Assembly (NCBI GenBank): GCA_038874435.1
Contig: JAVZCK010000009.1
Span: forward strand, 22,977 to 86,976
DNA: 64,000 nucleotides
Direction of reading: 5' to 3'
Source of the DNA: Thermoplasmata archaeon
GTDB lineage: Archaea > Thermoplasmatota > Thermoplasmata > Lutacidiplasmatales > SKW197
The notes under the pieces were generated by a model. It searched no databases and was not told the origin of the DNA. It was given only the letters and a program-made list of their open reading frames with translations. The translations under genes were made by a program, and so were the position numbers. This document shows positions 27,156-36,470 of the stretch, one piece after another. Position 1 is the stretch's first letter; every line of letters begins with the position of its first letter.

Positions 27156-28183
27156 GCAATCACCTCCATTATGTAATCACTGAAATTGTCGCCCACCTTA
27201 AGTTCATAAATGCTCCCATACTGGACGAACTTACCCTGCACCACAACAATCGCACCCTCTTTGATATCTCCCCAGTAACTAATTGAGGTTGTGGAATATA
27301 CCATCAAAGAATAATTTCCATCGCTCACAGTAAGATTGTACTGGCCAACAGAAACCACTGTCACATTCTCAAGGCGGAAAAGTTTGTTGAGGTTACTTGT
27401 GGGATTGGAGAGAAGGTCGGAGATTGCCGTGGAATTATATTTCTCCACTGCAGTATTTAAAATCTTTATGTCGAGCCAGGTTGTTGGCAGCAACTCCCAG
27501 TAATTCCTCTGTGCATACCATTTCAATGCCCCTTTTACCGTAAGATTTGCACCCTTCAGTTCGTAAAAATTCTGGGGAAACACCATTGCAAAGGTCTTCT
27601 GGAAGAACACATTTACCTCTCCATTGCCATCTGTTACATTGAAACTGTAGGCGAAACCAAGATTGGAAAAGGATTTTACTTTTCCAGTCACCTTCACTAA
27701 CTTGCCTTCAGAAGCCACGCTATTGAGTAATGAGAGGTCCGTAAGTTCTTCGTAATCCTCCTCCTTTGTCAAGATTTTCAGAAACTGAGGGTTTATTACT
27801 GTCAGCGATTTGGAATACTCAGATACACTAAGCTTGCCTTCCACCTCTACCGTCTGTCCATAACCAGGCACATTCCCAGTTTTAAGTAGCACATCAGTAA
27901 CAGTATCAGCAAGTTTCACAGAAATTGTGCCAGTACCATCATTCAGTGGAAATCTTATTGTGGAGCGTAGTTCATACTTGTCTGTGGTGTAAGAAGGGAA
28001 ATCGCTCACTTTTCCAACTATTTTGATGTGAGAAAAGCTCATGTCCTCTGTAATCTCTCCGACTTTTGTTACTGGTGTTTCCGAGGAGTAGGCCAGCCCA
28101 ATGAAAATGCCGCCGATGAGCAAAAGCACAGCACAAACAATCAGAATATGAGTTTCAGACGCTCTTGGTAAATTCCCGTTCAT
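27152..28183 (-). CDS. Membrane-anchored protein with three OB-fold-like (YhcR/tRNA_anti-like) modules
   Basis: ORF 27152..28234. I prefer ATG 28183..28181, which forms ATGA with the upstream stop. TM ILIVCAVLLLIGGIFIGLAY. Three modules of the type HIKIVGKV...FPLNDGTGTISVKL...GQTVEVEGKL. Confidence 0.65.
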   Translation of the reverse strand: MNGNLPRASETHILIVCAVLLLIGGIFIGLAYSSETPVTKVGEITEDMSFSHIKIVGKVSDFPSYTTDKYELRSTIRFPLNDGTGTISVKLADTVTDVLLKTGNVPGYGQTVEVEGKLSVSEYSKSLTVINPQFLKILTKEEDYEELTDLSLLNSVASEGKLVKVTGKVKSFSNLGFAYSFNVTDGNGEVNVFFQKTFAMVFPQNFYELKGANLTVKGALKWYAQRNYWELLPTTWLDIKILNTAVEKYNSTAISDLLSNPTSNLNKLFRLENVTVVSVGQYNLTVSDGNYSLMVYSTTSISYWGDIKEGAIVVVQGKFVQYGSIYELKVGDNFSDYIMEVIA

Positions 28184-29016
28184 GCCAGCACCTCTATTTC
28201 CCATGATGCAGATGGAATTATTTCCCATTTCCATGTATTTCCCGATTTATAGTATTTAAGTGCACCTGCCACCCGAATCTCATTCTTTTCCTTTATTTCC
28301 GGCAATGCCCCCGTGAGATTGCCAAGGGATTTTGGTACAAACACATCTATTTTGTAGCCCTGAAAATCCTGGATAACATAATCATAGGCAAAGGAATACT
28401 CTCTGATACTTGTTACATTGCCTCTTACCATCACCCTTGTACCCTCATTTTCCTGTGTGTAAGAAAGAATTTCTTTTATAGTAACTTCCGCAGGTTCTCC
28501 GCGGGTTATCTTTATCTGGTTCACATGATTCACAATCAAATAAAAATCGTTGCTGCGATACTGCAAACTGCCTGAAATCTCCACACGGTCACCAAATGCT
28601 GGGATCAGGGGTTTTCCTCTAGAGTTGAGCGCAAGCATGTCTCGCACTACATCGTCATAGACCTTTATCGGCATAATTCCAGTGCCGTCATCAACTGAGA
28701 AATAAAATGCTTTGCCTGTGGGGTTATCATAGAAAGAAGGGGTATCTGGAACAATACCCTTCACCTTTATCACAGCGTTGTTATAGCCGGGATAGATATC
28801 CTTTACCTTTATTAGCGGTGTTTCAAGCGATGCTGCCCAGGGTATGAGAAGAAGTGTGCCGACTACAGCAATTGCAAGGGCAGAATATTTGAGATAAATT
28901 GTACTCTTCTTTTTGGGAACATCGGCACCGCAGAATGGACATTCTTCAAGTGGACCTACAAATCTCTTGCACTTCGGACAATGAGTGAAGTCAATTCCGT
29001 CTTTACTTCCTTCCAT
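28180..29016 (-). CDS. Zn-ribbon / TM / two OB-fold-like modules protein
   Basis: ORF 28180..29034; ATG 29016 is preceded by GGAGGT. HCPKCK..CPFCG ribbon, TM ALAIAVVGTLLLIPW. Modules VIKVKGIV...FYFSVDDGTGIMPIKVY...GDRVEISGSL and RVMVRGNV... Confidence 0.65.
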   Translation of the reverse strand: MEGSKDGIDFTHCPKCKRFVGPLEECPFCGADVPKKKSTIYLKYSALAIAVVGTLLLIPWAASLETPLIKVKDIYPGYNNAVIKVKGIVPDTPSFYDNPTGKAFYFSVDDGTGIMPIKVYDDVVRDMLALNSRGKPLIPAFGDRVEISGSLQYRSNDFYLIVNHVNQIKITRGEPAEVTIKEILSYTQENEGTRVMVRGNVTSIREYSFAYDYVIQDFQGYKIDVFVPKSLGNLTGALPEIKEKNEIRVAGALKYYKSGNTWKWEIIPSASWEIEVLA

Positions 29017-32000
29017 GTTATACCTCCAGAACATTCAATTTCGTTTAGCGTTATCAAAATAACTGCATCTGTAGAATAATTTCTCACCTGAATTTCATAT
29101 GTGGAATTATAGAGTTTGAAAACTCCTTTTATTTTCACAGCCTGCCCGACTGAGAGCGTTGCTGGAGAAGTGGCATTCTTCTGCACATAAATTGTGAGTT
29201 TCTGACTCGTAGAATTGTCAGTTACATTAAAGAGATAGTAGTTCGCTGTAATCTCTGTAATTACTGCATAATCTAGCGTCACATTCTGGGAGAGATAGAT
29301 TGATGGATTTGAAAGAAGCGCGGAAATTGTTACTGCCTGATATGCAAAAACCGCAATTACCATATCATCTGTGTAGTTTCGTATGTAGATTTCCCAGTAA
29401 CCGCCAGTTGCATACCACTCGAACACACCATAAACATCAACATAATAGCCAGTGTAGATTGATTGAGCTTTAGCATTTTTTGAAACATAGATAGTCAGAT
29501 TAGTAAGGTCGCTAGGAGAGTCCCTTATATTGAAGTTGTATGTGGTTTTTGCCCAGTCAACATAGGCATTCTTTATACACACCTCAGTATTGTTGTACTG
29601 GTTTGGATTTGCAAGCAGAGTGGCAACTGACACCTGGGTGTAGGGAGATTGGCTGCCCACTTCCACACTATCAGTGGTTGCATTTCTGATTACAATCTCC
29701 CAGTAAGCACCGGTGGAATACCATGTAAACCAGCCAGAGACATTTACGCTCATTCCCGCACTTACCGAGGGAATGTTTGCACCGTATTCGCCATACACCG
29801 TTATGTTCGTGCTTGTGCTTGTATCCCTTATTGTGAACCTGTATGATGCATACACATAATCTACAACCATGTTCTCAAGCCGCACAAACGAATTGTTGGC
29901 TGTTGTTGTAGAACCAAGCAGAGTATTGATATCTGAATAGCTCTGGTAATTGTTGTTTCCACCTGTGCCTGTTTTGTCAATCAAGTCAGGTGTTGTGGAC
30001 TTGCCAACATAAATTTCATACGCATTGTTGTAAAGCTCAAATTTGCCCTTGATGTGCAGCAAATCACCATAATACACAACGGAAGGTCTTGTCGCATCAT
30101 ATGTAGCGTACACATTTACCCCTCTTATTCCAGAATTGTCAATAGCATAGAAACTGACATAATCGCTGATATTACTGGCATTCCAATGGACCTTATAAGC
30201 ATAGACCACATTGTTTAACTCCACATTCTTATTCAGGTAATTGTTTGGATTTGCAAGCAATTCATTCACTGTAACCGTTGTGTAGTTCTGGGACTGGCCG
30301 TAAACTTCTACACTATCAGTGGTTGCATTTCTGATTACAATCTCCCAGTAAGCACCGGTGGAATACCATGTAAACCAGCCAGAGACATTTACGCTCATTC
30401 CCGCACTTACCGAGGGAATGTTTGCACCGTATTCGCCATACACCGTTATGTTCGTGCTTGTGCTTGTATCCCTTATTGTGAATCTGTATGATGCATACAC
30501 ATAATCTACAACCATGTTCTCAAGCCGCACAAACGAATTGTTGGCTGTTGTTGTAGAACCAAGCAGAGTATTGATATCTGAATAGCTCTGGTAATTGTTG
30601 TTTCCACCTGTGCCTGTTTTGTCAATCAAGTCAGGTGTTGTGGACTTGCCAACATAAATTTCATACGCATTGTTGTAAAGCTCAAATTTGCCCTTGATGT
30701 GCAGCAAATCACCATAATACACAACGGAAGGTCTTGTCGCATCATATGTAGCGTACACATTTACCCCTCTTATTCCAGAATTGTCAATAGCATAGAAACT
30801 GACATAATCGCTGATATTACTGGCATTCCAATGGACCTTATAAGCATAGACCACATTGTTTAACTCCACATTCTTATTCAGGTAATTGTTTGGATTTGCA
30901 AGCAATTCATTCACTGTGACCGCTGTGTAGTTCTGGGACTGGCCGTAAACTTCTACACTATCAGTGGTTGCATTTCTGATTACAATCTCCCAGTAAGCAC
31001 CGGTGGAATACCAGGTAAACCAGCCAGAGACATTTACGCTCATTCCCGCACTTACCGAGGGAATGTTAGCTCCGTATTCGCCATACACCGTTATGTTCGT
31101 GCTTGTGCTTGTATCCCTTATTGTGAATCTGTATGATGCATACACATAATCTACAACCATGTTCTCAAGCCGCACAAACGAATTGTTGGCTGTTGTTGTA
31201 GAACCAAGCAGTGTATTGATGTCCGAGTAACTCTGGTAATTGTTGCTTCCACCTGTGCCTGTCTTGTCAATCAAGTCAGGTGTTGTGGACTTGCCAACAT
31301 AAATTTCATACGCATTGTTGTAAAGCTCAAATTTGCCCTTGATGTGCAGCAAATCACCATAATACACAACGGAAGGTCTTGTCGCATCGTATGTAGCGTA
31401 CACATTTACCCCTCTTATTCCAGAATTGTCAATAGCATAGAAACTGACATAATCGCTGATATTACTGGCATTCCAATGGACCTTATAAGCATAGACCACA
31501 TTGTTTAACTCCACATTCTTATTCAGGTAATTGTTTGGATTTGCAAGCAATTCATTCACTGTGACCGCTGTGTAGTTCTGGGACTGGCCGTAAACTTCTA
31601 CACTATCAGTGGTTGCATTTCTGATTACAATCTCCCAGTAAGCACCGGTGGAATACCAGGTAAACCAGCCAGAGACATTAACAGTCATTCCCGCACTTAC
31701 CGATGGAATGTTAGCTCCGTATTCGCCATACACCGTTATGTTCGTGCTTGTGCTTGTATCCCTTATTGTGAATCTGTATGATGCATACACATAATCTACA
31801 ACCATGTTCTCAAGCCGCACAAACGAATTGTTGGCTGTTGTTGTAGAACCAAGCAGAGTATTGATGTCCGAGTAACTCTGGTAATTGTTGTTTCCACCTG
31901 TGCCTGTCTTGTCAATCAAGTCAGGTGTTGTGGACTTGCTAACATAAATTTCATACGCATTGTTGTAAAGCTCAAATTTGCCCTTGATGTGCAGCAAATC

Positions 32001-33257
32001 ACCATAATGCACAACGGAAGGTCTTGTCGCATTGTAGGTGCCGAAAACATTCACGCCCCTTATTCCAGTATTGTCAACAACATAGAAACTCACATAATCA
32101 CTGACATTGCTGGCATTCCAGTGCACCTTGTAGGCATAGACCACATTGCTCAATTCCACACTCTTGTTCAGGTAACTGGCAGGGTTTGCGAGTAACTCAT
32201 TCACGGTAACTGAAATGTATGTAACTCCCTGAAGTTCAACCTTATCATCTGTTCCGTTTCTTATTGTGATTTCCCAGACCCCTTCCTTAGAATAGTACTT
32301 AAACCAGCCCTGCACAGAAACATTTGCACCTGCAGAAACACTTGGATTATTGGAACCAAATTCGCAGTAAACAGTAATGTTTTCACTGGTGCCTTCATCT
32401 CGAATTGTGTACTTGTAGGATTTATTGACCCAGTCCACAATTGCATTTTCTATTTTTACAAATGAGTAGTTTGCAGCGGGTGCATTTGCAAGCAGCGAAG
32501 CCACAGTATAGGTCGAATAAGCATTGTTTCCAAAAGTTCCAGTTGTCTCTACGGCGTCTGGTGTGCCAGCACTCACCTTGAGTTCGAATGCCTCCTTGTA
32601 TGTGGTGAATGTGCCTTTGATAACCAGCTTTTCATTGTAACTTATTGAGACAGGCCTTGTAGCATTTGCTTCTGTGTAAATGTTTAACCCTCTTGTGCCA
32701 CCATCATCTACCACATAAAATGTTGTACTGTTTGTAAGATTTGAGGAATAGTAGCCCTTATCCGCAACAATACAACCATTCAAACGCACTTTCTTCTCAA
32801 GGTAATTCTGGCTGTTGGTAAGAAGTTCGTTTACAGTCACATTCTGATATTCATCAAAGACCTCCTGTGTGACACTCAATGTCTTGCTAACGCTGTTCTG
32901 TGCACCCTTCTCGTCTTCTACCGTAAGTGTTACTGTGTAAACACCTGGCTGAGAATAGGCATGCACTGTATTCCGTAAATTTCCTGTCTTGTTGGAACCA
33001 TCCCCAAATTCCCAGAGATGTTTCACTATGGTTTCGTTGCCATCTGGATCATAGGATGTAGAAGTGAATGTTACTGGCTCATTGATTTTTGCACTTGTTT
33101 TGTCCATTGTAAAATTTGCCACTGGCGGACGATTTTCTTCAGGTTTTGGTTTGGACATCATCAAAACAATCGCGACAGCACTTATCAGCACCACAACGAT
33201 AAGCACGGCAGCTATTATCTGTATCTTCTTAAGCGCCAATTCTACCACCGAAGGCAT
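28956..33257 (-). CDS. Giant membrane-anchored surface protein: TM, PKD domain, about 12 OB-fold-like modules including four near-identical 215-aa double-module units
   Basis: ORF track, 1433 aa. TM IIAAVLIVVVLISAVAIVLMM. PKD (VTFTSTSYDPDGN...WEFGDGS...GVYTVTLTVEDEKG). Repeated ~107-aa modules (TVNELLANPNNYLNKNVELNNVVY...FYAIDNSGIRGVNVY...GDLLHIKGKFELYNNAYEIYV). Confidence 0.8.
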   Translation of the reverse strand: MPSVVELALKKIQIIAAVLIVVVLISAVAIVLMMSKPKPEENRPPVANFTMDKTSAKINEPVTFTSTSYDPDGNETIVKHLWEFGDGSNKTGNLRNTVHAYSQPGVYTVTLTVEDEKGAQNSVSKTLSVTQEVFDEYQNVTVNELLTNSQNYLEKKVRLNGCIVADKGYYSSNLTNSTTFYVVDDGGTRGLNIYTEANATRPVSISYNEKLVIKGTFTTYKEAFELKVSAGTPDAVETTGTFGNNAYSTYTVASLLANAPAANYSFVKIENAIVDWVNKSYKYTIRDEGTSENITVYCEFGSNNPSVSAGANVSVQGWFKYYSKEGVWEITIRNGTDDKVELQGVTYISVTVNELLANPASYLNKSVELSNVVYAYKVHWNASNVSDYVSFYVVDNTGIRGVNVFGTYNATRPSVVHYGDLLHIKGKFELYNNAYEIYVSKSTTPDLIDKTGTGGNNNYQSYSDINTLLGSTTTANNSFVRLENMVVDYVYASYRFTIRDTSTSTNITVYGEYGANIPSVSAGMTVNVSGWFTWYSTGAYWEIVIRNATTDSVEVYGQSQNYTAVTVNELLANPNNYLNKNVELNNVVYAYKVHWNASNISDYVSFYAIDNSGIRGVNVYATYDATRPSVVYYGDLLHIKGKFELYNNAYEIYVGKSTTPDLIDKTGTGGSNNYQSYSDINTLLGSTTTANNSFVRLENMVVDYVYASYRFTIRDTSTSTNITVYGEYGANIPSVSAGMSVNVSGWFTWYSTGAYWEIVIRNATTDSVEVYGQSQNYTAVTVNELLANPNNYLNKNVELNNVVYAYKVHWNASNISDYVSFYAIDNSGIRGVNVYATYDATRPSVVYYGDLLHIKGKFELYNNAYEIYVGKSTTPDLIDKTGTGGNNNYQSYSDINTLLGSTTTANNSFVRLENMVVDYVYASYRFTIRDTSTSTNITVYGEYGANIPSVSAGMSVNVSGWFTWYSTGAYWEIVIRNATTDSVEVYGQSQNYTTVTVNELLANPNNYLNKNVELNNVVYAYKVHWNASNISDYVSFYAIDNSGIRGVNVYATYDATRPSVVYYGDLLHIKGKFELYNNAYEIYVGKSTTPDLIDKTGTGGNNNYQSYSDINTLLGSTTTANNSFVRLENMVVDYVYASYRFTIRDTSTSTNITVYGEYGANIPSVSAGMSVNVSGWFTWYSTGAYWEIVIRNATTDSVEVGSQSPYTQVSVATLLANPNQYNNTEVCIKNAYVDWAKTTYNFNIRDSPSDLTNLTIYVSKNAKAQSIYTGYYVDVYGVFEWYATGGYWEIYIRNYTDDMVIAVFAYQAVTISALLSNPSIYLSQNVTLDYAVITEITANYYLFNVTDNSTSQKLTIYVQKNATSPATLSVGQAVKIKGVFKLYNSTYEIQVRNYSTDAVILITLNEIECSGGITWKEVKTELTSLIVRSARDL
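29660..32240 (-). repeat. Tandem coding repeat, four units of 645 bp (215 aa), near-identical over most of the length
   Basis: The anchor string ATCAGTGGTTGCATTTCTGATTACAATCTCCCAG recurs at 29670, 30315, 30960 and 31605, an exact 645-bp period. Only scattered single-base differences are seen between units. The last ~250 bp (31990-32240) are more diverged, and a further diverged unit follows to about 32885. Confidence 0.9.
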
Positions 33258-33287
33258 AATTCACTCGGGATTAATATAGGTTTCTAA

Positions 33288-34112
33288 TCAGCGGTGCTGA
33301 GTTTCGCCCTTTAGATCCCGCGAAATCTGGAGTCCACCATTCTCACGCACCATCTTTCTGTATCCCCATACCACAATTATAATTGAAACCACAACTATGT
33401 TCAGGATGACAGAGAAAAGACCGCCCCAGGTGGTTGCCATTGCTGGGATTATAAAATGCGAAAGGTTTCCCATCGTGTGGAAAAACAGTGCCGCAAGAAT
33501 ACTCCCTCCCGTATTGTTGTAAATCCATGTAAACAGAATTGAGAGAAACACAGTGCCGAGAATGAAACCCCATATTGGAACATTCCTGTATATATCCTGA
33601 TTCTCCATGAAGAACAACGGAAGGTGCCATACTCCCCAAATCAGTCCAATAATTATACCGGAAACAAGAGCATTGAAGCGGCTCTGTAATCTGTCCAATG
33701 CATAACCTCGCCAACCAAATTCCTCACACAGTGGCCCACCCAGGAAAAAGATGTAAAAGAAGGCAATCGGAATTATCCATGGCTGGGCTAAAACAGTGAA
33801 TTCTGGCACTTGGTCTCCTGCTAACACCGCAAGAACAAGGGAAAGCCCGATAATGCAGGGCATAAGGAAGAAGATTGGGATTAGCCAGATTTTCTTGAAT
33901 TTGAGGTCAACTCCTCTCTTGAGCAATTTTTTTGCACCTGCACTCCCCTCATTCACCAGTGTAAGCACAAATGCAGCGATTGTTGGGCCAAAGGGAGCAA
34001 GAAATAACGACACTTTCATGAAAATTTCAACTGCCCAGAGCGACCAGGAAATCACAAAGGTTATCACAAAAAACAGTAACAAATTTATTCTCTCATCTTT
34101 AATTTGGCTCAT
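33288..34112 (-). CDS. CPBP-family intramembrane glutamic endopeptidase (CAAX protease/Abi-like)
   Basis: ORF track, 274 aa, polytopic. Motifs CEEFGWRGYAL, GVWHLP and FFHTMGNL fit the CPBP family. Confidence 0.8.
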   Translation of the reverse strand: MSQIKDERINLLLFFVITFVISWSLWAVEIFMKVSLFLAPFGPTIAAFVLTLVNEGSAGAKKLLKRGVDLKFKKIWLIPIFFLMPCIIGLSLVLAVLAGDQVPEFTVLAQPWIIPIAFFYIFFLGGPLCEEFGWRGYALDRLQSRFNALVSGIIIGLIWGVWHLPLFFMENQDIYRNVPIWGFILGTVFLSILFTWIYNNTGGSILAALFFHTMGNLSHFIIPAMATTWGGLFSVILNIVVVSIIIVVWGYRKMVRENGGLQISRDLKGETQHR

Positions 34113-34374
34113 AATACTTCACATTTTCCTTGGGTAAAATCGCATTTGAACAACAAGCTGAAATACCCAATTCATAATCTTGCTAACCAAAAAAGATATA
34201 TATACTTATCGCATGACTTTGGTGAATCTGGAATTCGAATAATTACGAAATGCTGGATGGGGAAACTCTGAAAACAGACAAGAGAGACATAGTATATTTT
34301 GGATAGTGCTTACGGCAATTATATAATTATAAATATGTAAGATAGAAAAGTTATTTATTTACTATAAAAATTTA

Positions 34375-35184
34375 CTAAAAGTTAAAATATTCAACTGAAC
34401 CTATCTTTCTCAAATTCCCATATATTTCATTTTCTACTGCAATGTTTCTGAACCTTTTTTCAATCTTTTTTCGCAGAGTCCTTTTCACTCTTTCAGTTAC
34501 AATAAAATCAAAGTCATAGCGGACATCCATGAGAATAAGATAATCTGGAGGTGCTAGTGGAAAGTCAATGGTCGTTTTCCCTTCCAGTGCATCCACAATC
34601 TGGGTCGTTCTAACCCTGCCATGGAACACTTCTCCCACTGCCCCAATAATCTTTCTCACCATCCCCCAGAGAAAACTAGAGCCGTAAATATCCACCGCCC
34701 AGAAATATCCTGCATCTCTAACCTCTATCTTGAAAATCTTCCGAACTGTTTTCCGCTCAGATGGTCTCGCAAAATTCCGAAAATCGTGAACCCCTGTAAA
34801 AGTAGAAAGAAATTGTTCCAGCTTTTTCTTTTCCACAAATTCTTCTTTTGAAAGAAAATACCGATACCATCGCTCCTTTGCATGTCTTGGATTAAATTTC
34901 TCCGAGACAATAGCATAGCCATAGAACCAGATTCCATCAGAAATTGTATTCAGCATTCCTAGAATTTTCTCTGGATTTTCAGGTGTGTTAAATGCCACTA
35001 CATTTCCGAGGGCAGAAACACCAGCATCAGTTCTTGAGGCACTTGCAAATCTGGGATTAGCTGAGAGAAGGTTTTTATCCACCAAAAAGCTCAGAATTCT
35101 CCCTTCCACCGTCTCTGCATTTTTCTGTCGCTGATACCCATGAAACAAAGTGCCATCGTATCCAAACTTAACAGCAATTCGCAT
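34375..35184 (-). CDS. truA: tRNA pseudouridine synthase A (TruA/Pus1 family)
   Basis: ORF 34375..35274 overlaps the pgk end. ATG 35184 gives MRIAVKFGYDGTLFHGYQRQ; catalytic RTDAGVSALGNV. Confidence 0.85.
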   Translation of the reverse strand: MRIAVKFGYDGTLFHGYQRQKNAETVEGRILSFLVDKNLLSANPRFASASRTDAGVSALGNVVAFNTPENPEKILGMLNTISDGIWFYGYAIVSEKFNPRHAKERWYRYFLSKEEFVEKKKLEQFLSTFTGVHDFRNFARPSERKTVRKIFKIEVRDAGYFWAVDIYGSSFLWGMVRKIIGAVGEVFHGRVRTTQIVDALEGKTTIDFPLAPPDYLILMDVRYDFDFIVTERVKRTLRKKIEKRFRNIAVENEIYGNLRKIGSVEYFNF

Positions 35185-35203
35185 AAAAAAGAGAAAAGAG
35201 AGT

Positions 35204-36394
35204 TTATTTGTTCTGGAGCACTGCAATTCCAGGAAGTTCTTTTCCCTCCAGGAATTCCAGGCTTGCACCGCCACCAGTGGAGATATGGGTCACTTTGTCT
35301 GCATAGCCGAGTTTTTGAATCGCAGAGGCACTGTCTCCACCACCTACAATGGTTGTGCCCCTCACCTTTGAGAGGGCTTCTGCAATCGCTCTCGTACCTT
35401 CCCTGAATTTCTTTGCTTCGAACACACCCATTGGGCCATTCCAGATTACTGTTTTTGCACCCTCAATCACTCCACTGAAAACCTTTGCTGTCTCTGGCCC
35501 TATGTCAACACCCATAAGGTCCGCAGGCATCTCTCCCACTTTTACGGTCTTAACCACTGTTGCTGTATCATCTGGCTTATCTGCAACCACCACATCAACT
35601 GGCAGATAGAGTTTCACACCCTTTTCTTCAGCTTTTTTCATTATTTCTGTCGCCACTCCCAATTTGTCCTCTTCAACTAGGGACTTGCCAACTGTGTAGC
35701 CCCTTGCCTTCAGGAATGTGAATGCCATCGCACCACCAATCAATATTGCATTCACCTTAGGAAGCAGGTTCTCTATAACACCAATCTTATCTGAAACCTT
35801 TGCACCACCAAGCACTGCAATAAACGGCTTCTCAGGATTTGAGAGCGCTTTTCCCATCACTGCCACTTCTTTCTCAATCAAGAAACCAGCAACTGCAGGT
35901 AGGAACTGAGCAACCCCTGCTGTTGATGAATGTGCCCTGTGGGCAGTGCCAAAAGCATCGTTCACATAGAGGTCTGCAAGCTCTGCTAACTTTTTTGAAA
36001 ACTCTGGATCATTTTTCTCTTCCTCAGAATAAAATCTCACATTCTCAAGCAGACAAACATCACCTTCCTTCATTTTGACAATGGCCTCTTTGACTGAATC
36101 GCCAACTGTGTCATCAAGTTTCATGACTGGTTTTCCAAGCAACTCTTCCAGCTTCTTCGCCACATTGTCCATTTTGAGATTTTGGTCTTTTCCTTTAGGC
36201 CTGCCAAGGTGAGAAACCAAAATTGTCTTTGCACCATGCTCAACCAAATACTTTATCGTGGGCAATGCTTCCCTTATCCTCGTGTCATCTTTCACAGCCA
36301 GAGTGTTCTTATCAATCGGTACATTGAAATCCACACGCACCAGCACACGCTTTCCTCTTACATCAACGTCCCTTATTGTCTTTTTATGCATCAT
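35204..36394 (-). CDS. pgk: Phosphoglycerate kinase
   Basis: ORF 35204..36499. ATG 36394 is preceded by [33 protein letters not shown] and GGGDS motifs. Confidence 0.92.
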   Translation of the reverse strand: MMHKKTIRDVDVRGKRVLVRVDFNVPIDKNTLAVKDDTRIREALPTIKYLVEHGAKTILVSHLGRPKGKDQNLKMDNVAKKLEELLGKPVMKLDDTVGDSVKEAIVKMKEGDVCLLENVRFYSEEEKNDPEFSKKLAELADLYVNDAFGTAHRAHSSTAGVAQFLPAVAGFLIEKEVAVMGKALSNPEKPFIAVLGGAKVSDKIGVIENLLPKVNAILIGGAMAFTFLKARGYTVGKSLVEEDKLGVATEIMKKAEEKGVKLYLPVDVVVADKPDDTATVVKTVKVGEMPADLMGVDIGPETAKVFSGVIEGAKTVIWNGPMGVFEAKKFREGTRAIAEALSKVRGTTIVGGGDSASAIQKLGYADKVTHISTGGGASLEFLEGKELPGIAVLQNK

Positions 36395-36470
36395 GGTTTT
36401 TCCTCCTTGACTTTCGGAAAAAGAAAGAGAGATATAAAGGATTGCCAACTCGCAATAAATAACCGCTTCT

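Noticed and set aside
29660-32885. Regular repeats that might be taken for a CRISPR array or a satellite
   Set aside because: The period is 645 bp with no short repeat/spacer organisation. The repeats are in frame inside a 1433-codon ORF and encode protein domains. No CRISPR-like array was seen anywhere in the window.
34113-34374. 262-bp very AT-rich intergenic region as a candidate replication origin
   Set aside because: No repeated ORB or mini-ORB-like elements are visible and no orc1/cdc6 is nearby. The region is explained as the truA terminator plus the promoter of the CPBP protease gene.
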